From assembly GCF_002113885.1 (NCBI RefSeq), contig NW_018404383.1, positions 66,965 through 130,964 on the forward strand: a stretch of DNA of 64,000 bases, read 5' to 3'. The notes beneath the pieces are model-generated. The model was not told the origin of the DNA. It worked only from the letters and a program-made list of their open reading frames with translations, and did not search any database. Positions 54,853 through 64,000 of the stretch are shown piece by piece. The position numbers were made by a program, and so were the translations under genes. The first letter of the stretch is position 1, and each line of letters begins with the position of its first letter. The DNA is from Mizuhopecten yessoensis. Its lineage: Eukaryota.

Positions 54853-56011
54853 GATGTCCCGGGTGTGGTATGTACAGGGTAGTATGTCCCGAGTGTGTTA
54901 TGTACAGGGTGGTATGTCCCGGGTGTGGTATGTACAGGGTGGTATGTCCAGGGTGTGGTATGTACAGGGGAGTATGTCCCGGGGGTGGTATGTACAGGGT
55001 AGTATGTCCCGGGTGTGGTATGTACAGGGTAGTATGTCAGGGACGTGGTATGTACAGGGTAGTATGTCCCGGGTGTGGTATGTACAGGGAAGTATGTCTC
55101 GAGTGTGGTATGTACAGGGCAGTATGTCCCGGGTGTGGTATGTACAGGGTAGTATGTCAGGGACGTGGTATGTACAGGGGAGTATGTCCCGGGTGTGGTA
55201 TGTACAGGGGAGTATGTCCCGGGGGTGGTATGTACAGGGTAGTATGTCCCGGGTATGGTATGTACAGGGCAGTATGTAGCGGTTGTGATATGTACAGGGT
55301 AGTATGTCCCGGATGTGGTATGTACAGGGCAGTATGTTCCGGGTGTGGTATGTACAGGGTAGTATGTCTCGAGTGTGGGATGTACAGGGTAGTATGTCCC
55401 GGGTGTGGTATGTGCAGGGTAGTATGTCCCGGATGTGGTATGTACAGGGTAATATGTCCCGGGTGTGGTATGTACAGGGAAGTATGTCTCGAGTGTGGTA
55501 TGTACAGGGCAGTATGTCCCGGGTGTGGTATGTACAGGGTAGTATGTCCCGGGTGTGGTATGTACAGGGAAGTATGTCCCGGATGTGGTATGTACATGGC
55601 AGTATGTCACTGGTGTGGTATGTACAGGGCAGTATGTCCCGGGTATGGTATGTACAGGGTAGTATGTCCCGGGTATGGTATGTACAGGGTAGTATATCCC
55701 GGGTATGGCATGTACAGGGTAGTATGTCCCGGGTGTGGTATGTACAGGGTGGTATGTCCCGGTTGTGGTATGTACATGGTAGTATGTCACGGGAGTGGTA
55801 TTTACACGGTAGTATGTCCCAGGTGTGGTATGTACAGGGCAGTATGTCCCGGGAGTGGTATGTAATGGGGAGTATGTCTCGGGTGTGGTATGCACAGGGT
55901 AGTATGTCCCGGGTGTGGTATGTACAGGGTAGTATGTCCCGGGTATGGTATGTACAGGGTAGTGTGTCCCGCATGTGGTATATACAGGGTAGTATGTCCC
56001 GGGTGTGGTAT
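54853..56011. repeat. Minisatellite, 30-bp unit (14+16 dimer), ~38 copies, no indels
   Basis: Unit tgtacagggtagtatgtcccgggtgtggta stays in perfect register over 1.16 kb. Confidence 0.98.
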
Positions 56012-56834
56012 TTCATTTCAGGAAATTATTGATCAGATCTATATTCATTTCGACAAAATCGGTTTTTGACAATGTTACAAAAAGTGATACAAAAATGTAA
56101 ATCTAAATATGTTGACTTTAAACAATTAATACACATTGATGTATTTAAAAAAAAAAACACTTCCGTCAGCATCGACTCAAAATATTCAAGAAATTACGGG
56201 ATATTATCGTAAGTGTCAAACTAAAATCGTATTTGCCCATTAATGCATTTGTACACACATTCCATGATATAAATCTAGTTTTGAAATAGTCTTCACTGAT
56301 TCATGCGCGCACGTCACATGCTTTTTTTAAATGCCCACAGACGGCGCTGGCGTCAAATGCGACCCATGACCACGTGGTGGTCCGCCGGTAGGTAGAGTAA
56401 ACACAAGTTTGCATATGATTACCGCAGTATAAACAACGCAATGTCCCTTTTCAACCCAGAAAATAGATGACGGAGCCATTAACATGTGGCCTTATTTTAT
56501 GCAAATCTAGAAAAAGCACTAAATCATTTACATTTACATAAATACATAATATATGTGTTTACATGTCTACCGAACAATTGTACCGAGTGACCTTCACGTG
56601 GACCGTACACAAACTCAGTGTGCCAATGTTTGTGAAGGGGTGAAATATAAACACACACATGCATGCCAAGTCAAGAAGGTAAAATGCAGGTGGATTTTTC
56701 CAGAGCGGCGGATTTAATGGAGGGTGGTGAAAAAATTGATCCGGAATGTTGACTGTGCTTTTGAATAAGTCCAGTTAGGTGAAATATAGGTACAATGTAA
56801 ATAAGTTTGGAGCAGTAAAATGTAGATGTTTATG

Positions 56835-57125
56835 TCCGCAGTGGGACGAAAGTAAAAGAGAGAAATCAGTCCGGAGTGTGGGATTGAAAGTGAATAAGTC
56901 CGCATTGTGGGAATGTAAGTGACAAGTCCAGAGAGTCGGATTGAAAGTGAATAGTTCCGGATTGTGGGAATGAAAGAAATAAGTCCGGAGTGTGGGAAAG
57001 AAAGTGAATAAGTCTGAATGTGGAAATAAAAGTGAAGAAGTGCGGAGTGCGAAAATGAAAGGGAATAAGTCCGCAGTGGCGAAATATAGAAAAAAAATCC
57101 AGAGTGAGGGAATGAAAGTCAATGA
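56835..57125. repeat. Degenerate minisatellite, ~30-bp unit, ~9 copies
   Basis: Unit approx. aagtgaataagtccggagtgtgggaatga. Confidence 0.85.
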
Positions 57126-60100
57126 ATCTTGATTCCAAAAATGTAGGTGAATAAGTTGGAAATCTTGGCCAGTCCAATACAAGCACATATGTATTCTCTT
57201 CCTGGATGCTTTTTAAACTTTCGAAGTTTGCAACGGGATAAACTGCATTCAACGGAGCCTTACTTCCAGAGAGCTTTGTCTCCCTTATTGGTTTCTGTAG
57301 GCCTTTATTCGTGTGATAGATTTTGTGAACAAAGTCCTTGGTTCTCACGCTTATCAAGATTTGAGAGTTAATTTTCCGTATGAGTGAGCTCAAACGACTT
57401 TGTAGAATCGTCTTAATGATTAATTCAGCCATCACTCTCAAGGTCACCTCAAGGTCAAATATAAAACATATATAACAAACAGGTAAACAGCCTCATAATG
57501 GCACCTGCTCGTGTCACTTCAAACAAGTACGCCCTATATATAGAGGAGTATTTCACCTCAGTACGTTGGGATTTTCCACAGTCCGCAGTGGTCCATTATT
57601 ATTTATGGGTATTTTATGAAATTTTATTCATTTATATCCATTACGTTTAAGGGTCATTGCTCTATATTGTACGTTTACCTATATTGTACATTTAATAGCC
57701 TCCTAATATGATATATTTAATTCTCTTTGCGGAATCATATTTTTAAAACCTTGGGATTCCGAGACAGTAAATAAACTGCCCGAGGCCGCAACATAAAGCG
57801 GAGGCAGGCTTTAATGTCCGAAATAAACCGCCTTAATGCATTTATCGTAAGGTCATCTCCATCAAATACGTAGATTCCTATTAACAAAAATCATTTTCCC
57901 TAATATACCTGCGTCATACTACTATGTCAGGCCGACCCCCCGCGATGCCCAAATGACACGGTCGCCATTATTCACGTTAAGCACGGCCCTGGCGGCACGA
58001 GGCCCGGTATTAGTGAATAAAATTGTTACAATTGTACCTTCCGACGAAGTCTAACCGGCACTGCATAAAAGACATCCCTCTTAACATTGAAAATACATAT
58101 TTATATTTTCGTCCGTTCTTAAGCATCAAAGAGGAGATTTTCTAAGGTATGGCACCTGCTATTCCCCCAGTTTTGGTTGTTATTTGCAGTAAATGATGGC
58201 CAGAGAACATTTGTTTTGTTGCTGTTGTGTATACAGACTGATGTCAGTGCCGTTGCATATTTGCTGACTAGATTTTAGATATTTGACAGGAGAGACTTTA
58301 TTTTCATACAAAGTAAGAGTGGTATTGTAGAGATTTGTGCAATCAAGAAAACCTTTTCTAAAGAGAAAAAAATAATACAGTAACACTTTTTGTTATTTTT
58401 ATACTCAGTGCAATAAAGTTTCTGATACGATTAACTACGTAAGCGTCGTCTTTAATTAAGTAAAGGTATGAACATTCTATATATCGACGAGACGATATTA
58501 TTTAATCATCGAAAAAAGTTGTTTTACCATTCATTTGACCATTTTCAAAGAACCACGTTATTCGCCAAAACGATTGCCAGACATTGATTGGTACATTTAG
58601 GGAGTAACGTCATATTACACACTCGTGCTGAATAAAGAACAGTTTTAAAAACCTACATGAAGAATACTTTTATCAACCATAATAACTTTCAATAAAACTG
58701 ACTGAAATAACGTTATTTTCAACGAAACCAATTTTTACATTAAACCTTATTCAGCCTGGAAGTACTCTGTGACGTCAGTATATGTAGGCTGTTCAGACGT
58801 TTGGGTCAAGTGCATGCCTCATTGAAAAAATAATCTTCGTAACACGAACTTGCCATTCTCTGACTCAAGTTTTGGTTTCGCTGACAACACTGCTGAGATA
58901 GATGCAGCGTTTTACCACATAGAGCAACTATGTGCATTGCTTTGTTTCAATTCAAACACAAAACAAACGTCTGAGATGAATAATAGGCCTTTCTATCATT
59001 CTGGCTCATTTTGGGAGCTTGAAGTGGTAGTAGGGTCTGGTTCCCCATTTCGGTTTTTTCTTAAACAGAACTAGGGACTAGGAATTAGGAACCAACTTCA
59101 GGCTCCCGCTCATTTTTAGCTATAGAGCATGAATGTCAAGTGACTGTGCTACACTGAATAGAGGTGTGTACCTTACCGATACTGACACCATCGTTGAGCA
59201 CGTGGAGTGATCTGTGCATAATCGGGCACAATTATCTAAATAAGTTCACACGTTTGTATAGCATAATTTGACTTATCGTGAGAAGTGACACCAATTTACA
59301 AAGCATTAATGCTATAGAATTGTGGTAGGATGACATGTAATGACTTCATCAGTTACGGAAGACGGATTCTAATTTCCAGACCGAAGCTGGAGTGAGATTC
59401 CCGGATGCGTTAAATTTGCTCTATGACGTTGCTGATTGTCGCCAGTAAGTACCGATGTTACATTCCGGGCAACATACCACGGATTCCCTTCATCACTTAT
59501 ACGCGTTTTGTATTGACCAAGTACATTCTTGAGACCTCACAACTCCGAGTGTGGTAATGACTTTCGGCCCTTAAGTGTCTACGGTCCGGGATGACCAGTG
59601 TCCATCTTGTATTGTCCTCGTAGTGTCCAGCTGGGATCATTTGTTGACCACAAGTGTTTTCTAAAGGACCGAATTCAGCTACATCATCGTTTAGTATCAA
59701 AATAAACACTTGGACCGACCTTACCAGATGGACAATGTATATTAGCAATGAGCTCACCGGGAGAGTTCGATACGATGTATTTACACTCATGGTTCACGGC
59801 CTTACAAAACAGACATCATCATCACGGTTTTTCTTCAAATTCAACTACTGTAAGATAAATAAATATATTATTCCAAACATCCACAGAAAAAGCCAGCAAT
59901 CAAGGTTATGTACCTGGGGCACGTTTGACTAGGATCCCGTGAGCATGGGGTAGGTACCGACGCGAGATCTCAATGCGACAGTTCGCGCCTCATCTCACCA
60001 GCTCACTAAACATACAACACTTATTCATGAGATTATCAGCGTAAATGTAGGGCAGATGACTCCTGAAAACATGCGCCACTTATTAGGACATAAACCCTCT

Positions 60101-60669
60101 CTATTGAACACAACATTTACGCCAGCGCCCAACCGTGTCTACATTTGTGTCAAAGATATGCACTCGAATACCAGAAATAGTTATAAATAGAAATTAAAAA
60201 AACAGAAAGTACAAGTTTTCACATGTTCGTTCCTGGTGTGGGTTGCTGTTGCTGCCTTTGTTTACTAGTTTTTACAACTTTGACAAACAATTCACAAAAC
60301 AGTTATCGTCATCGTTAACAAATTCCAAAGAACTGGCCATATAACAAAACAGAGAAAAAATATCAAATGAAGATACACAACAGACTATCTAGCTCAATTT
60401 TGCAATGCTTTTCAAGTTAGACTTAAAAGACATCGTTGTTCTATTTTGTTTGAAAATACATTTGACCCATATGCATACTACTGTCTGGTTTCAATAGTCA
60501 ATCTCATTAGATGAAATTATCGCACTGTTTCGAAAATGAATCTGGAATCAGTTTGGGGGATAATAAAAACTTCCTGTTGAAAGCAACAATTGGTGAATCA
60601 GGTCATTTTCTGAAGCTGTCCGTTGTCTACGATGTGTACCTGTATCCACCACAAACGATACTAGCCCTA

Positions 60670-61240
60670 TTTGAGGAACACCTTCAGTTACAAACTTACT
60701 ACTGCGCTGGTCTGAGGATCAGATACAGTAACAGAACTACTGCGCTGGACTGAGGATCAGATACAGTAACAGAACTTCTGCGCTGGTCTGAGGATCAGAT
60801 ACAGGAACAGAACTACTGCGCTGGTCTGAGGACCTTTACGTAACAAACCTACTGCGCTGGTATGAGGCCCACTTTCAACAACAGAACTACTGCGCTCGTC
60901 TGAGGATCAGATACAGTAACAGAACTACTGCGCTGGTCTGAGGAACACTTTCAACAACAGAACTACTGCGCTGGTCTGAGGATCAGATACAGTAACAGAA
61001 CTACTGCGCTGGTCTGAGGACCTTTAAGTAACAAAACTACTGCGCTGGTCTGAGGACCACTTTCAACAACAGAACTACTGCGCTAATCTGAGGACCTCTT
61101 TCAACAACAGAACTACTGCGCTGGTCTGAGGACCACTTTCAGTTACACTTTCAATAACAGAATTATTACGCTGGTCTGAGGACCTCATTTAGTCACAGAT
61201 TTAATGTGCTGGTATGTGGACCACATTCAGCAACAGGTCT
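60670..61240. repeat. Minisatellite, 38-bp unit, ~14 copies, constant half plus variable half
   Basis: Constant aacagaactactgcgctggtctgagga followed by tcagatacagt / ccactttcaac / cctttacgt variants. Confidence 0.93.
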
Positions 61241-62339
61241 ACTGGGGCTAAACTTCGACTGTCTAAGGATAACATTCACTAACATACATTGTAAGTAACA
61301 CATTCTCATTATCCTGTTGTGTCAGGAGAAGGCGGAATGTATCATGTTCAGTTAGCAAACAGTCGGATTTACTGTAGCGAGTCTTCTTTCACCTTTACAA
61401 ACGTCGTTAGACTCAAATCGAGTGCAGCTGCATTGACGGGGATAAAAAAAAATATTTACTGCCTTTTAACAAACTGAAAGGCTTGAATTCCTTAACTTAT
61501 CCGATAGGCTTGGCTCTTAAAATGTCATTTATTCAGAATAATTTACGCTCCAATATTCGTGTGTACAGTGCAGTGAAAAGATTCGTACAGTCACATCATT
61601 TCGATCGTTTGTTCGCTTTAATCTTGATCTTTCGAACGCTCTATCTCATCACGGATGCATACCCGGTACCCAGGCTTAAATTGGAGGTTTTATATACGTA
61701 ATGAACGCACACCACAAACGACCTCTGCGTGTATAAATTTTACAACATAAACTATTCGTACGTGTGACAGGTGTGTAGGCTTAGTGCTCTAATATAAACT
61801 TCTTCTTTACCGGAATAACTGATAAAAATATACATGTAGTCAGACAAAGAACAATAAATCTACCTGGTAGACTCAAACCTTCTATGTAAATCCAATAGCG
61901 GTAATCTTATTGATATTCTTTTGCATTAGATAATTTGGAGCTGTGTTTTACGCACGACAGCTGTACAATTTTATTAACTGTTTACTCTTTTACGAGATTC
62001 AACGTCATTCATCATATGGTCGTGATGTTCGTCGACGTCAAATTATCTTTGCGGTGAAATATATATTACCGATTTTCTTTGTTGGTTTGGTTTTAATTTT
62101 ATTATGCCTACCATATTGTGACACAAATATAGGCAATTAGCATAGGCTCTGTATTAAATTCGATTGTGGACAGCTTCGTTACATTAACGATACAAGTTAG
62201 AATGTGGACGCCAATGAAAAAAATACACGCATCAATGCGTGCATTCACGTGCGTAAAGGAAAGCCTTAATTTATACAATCAAGAAATTTACCCTCCAGCC
62301 TCATCACCTGGTTCAGAGTATATATCCAAGCTAGTTCCG

Positions 62340-62640
62340 TCTCCAACCTCGTCCTCTGATGCATTGTGGAACTACAACCTCGTCCTCTGATGCAGTGTAT
62401 GTCTTCAACCTCGTCCTCTGGTGAAATGAATGTCACCAACCTCGTTCACTGGTGCAATGTATGTCTCCAACTTCGTCCTAAGACGCAGTGTGCAAATACA
62501 ACCTCGTTCTCTGTTGCAGAGTATGTATCCGAACTTGTCCTTTGGTGCATGTCCTTAACCTTGTTCCCTTTTGATATGTACGACTCCAACCTCGTCACCT
62601 GGTGTAGAGTAATTCACCAACTTCTTCCTCTGTTGTGGTG
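62340..62640. repeat. Degenerate minisatellite, 31-bp unit, ~9-10 copies
   Basis: Unit approx. caacctcgtcctctgatgcagtgtatgtctt. Confidence 0.85.
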
Positions 62641-63739
62641 TACCATTGACTAATTAACTCGCCCTTGTTTTTCGTAAAGTGAACTCTCACCGGTGACTGA
62701 AATTAATTATAACTTCCACGCCTGCTGGAATGCCGACATTTATAGAGTACGCTCCTTGGGTTTCTACATACCTGGTATGCATGTTTAAATTTTGCACCTT
62801 TCAGCTGATTGTGGTCAACGTAACGCTGTAAGGCGTCACAATAAGGGCGTATGCTAAGTGTACTATCCCTGAAACGTTTCTCCGCGCGTCATCTTATGTT
62901 GGAGTTACGTAAGGCAGCAAAATCTGGGATGAGAGGACAAATCAAAACTGCAGGCGATGTTTTCGGATTTTCATGTTTACAAATTTGGCATGCTTACAGC
63001 AAAGTTTTTCCCAGGATAATCATATGATTCTGTTTAAGTTTAAATTGATGCAAACCTATATACATGTACTTCGTATCCTCCTGCCAATATAAAGTCAATA
63101 TATCTTCCTCAGAACCTTGGGCGATTCTATGTAAGTTTATCTAAAGATGAAATGTGTAAAATAAATACTTTGTGTGTGTGTGTGTGTTTCATTATTTTTC
63201 GATTTGATTATCCTAATTTGAAGTTTTAACTTATCAGCAATGATAAGGTCCTTGAGCTAATGAAGGAATATTGATTAAAAAAACCGGCTTCAAGAACATG
63301 CAATGGTAAACCTAAGTTTAGAACTGTTAATTTAATTTCAACAAGCCAATATGTCAAGAAACTTTTATATCAGAATTTACTATATTGGTACGCACAGATG
63401 ACCGAAAAGACGAACCTCAGTATACCATCATTTCTAAACAATTTGGAGTAAAAAGTTTAAAACAAGCATCGCTGGCCAGCCAGCCAGCTTTAAAAACCAA
63501 AACTGATCATATATGCATATTACAAACAGAAATCATATTGTAATCAATTAATCATAAACAAATATTGATATTAATGTTAACTACATTTTCTGTGGTGAAA
63601 AGACAACAAAATCCAACGCCTTCAACTTGAAAACGCTGTTTATCTATTATTACAGTTCGATAAGTTTTTCGATGTAATGACTCCGATGCGAAGTTTCTAC
63701 GTTGAACTTCAGTTGGCCTATTTGTTACTACAATGCCTG

Positions 63740-64000
63740 CTTTAAGTGTTGAGCATTTACCCAGGTGGGGGTAGGTAATGGGTTTTGTACCAGGGCCGGG
63801 ACATACCAAGCTCCTTAAAATGGTAGTTGCTATTCCCTGCTTAACGTTCAGGATTTAGTGTTATCGCTATATTGTACAACTGGTTTACCCGTTGCCAGTA
63901 TAATGTGACCGGGTAAAATACTTGCTGGGGCCTTCAGCATGGTATTGCAGTGAGGTAGCTATCGCAAGGAGCAAAATACATCAACATACCCTGTCTCCGG
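63740..64000 (+). mobile_element. SINE copy (same family as 19483-20040), runs off the window end
   Basis: aaaatggtagttgct..cagtataatgtgaccgggt..gcagtgaggtagc..caaggag..ataccctgtctccg matches the reverse complement of 19570-19690; degenerate tRNA-like head. Confidence 0.75.

Noticed and set aside
54870-55865. 331-aa CxxC-rich ORF (VCPGCGMYRV)n as a metallothionein or zinc-binding protein
   Set aside because: Product of a 30-bp unit open in several frames on both strands; this frame is broken by a stop inside the array.
60670-61240. Constant repeat with variable inserts resembling a CRISPR array
   Set aside because: The variable parts are only ~9-11 nt and recur rather than being unique; no cas genes; eukaryotic context. 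It is a minisatellite.

Overview
AT-rich eukaryotic genomic DNA, most likely a bivalve mollusc; the SINE family looks like the scallop type, recognised from memory and not searched. The window is a gene desert around one clear gene: a minus-strand Trunk/PTTH/Noggin-superfamily secreted cystine-knot ligand (trunk-like). The ORF-track start at 35160 is probably intronic. A strong acceptor at 35125/35124 pairs in phase with a donor at 42774/42773. This gives a two-exon model with a TATA+Inr promoter near 43158-43186 and a uORF-rich leader. The coding exon is bracketed by a 62-bp inverted repeat (3 mismatches). The upstream region has dense CAGGTA/CAGGTG clusters. About 12 kb (~19%) of the window is minisatellite in at least ten unrelated arrays, four of which carry TGTGGT in the unit. 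Other features are SINE copies, a Penelope-like remnant, a TA-flanked MITE, and a Crypton-like element whose two palindromes carry strand-specific tandem G.A mismatches. The other ORF-track entries look like chance or repeat-derived ORFs. No rRNA, tRNA or CRISPR was seen.
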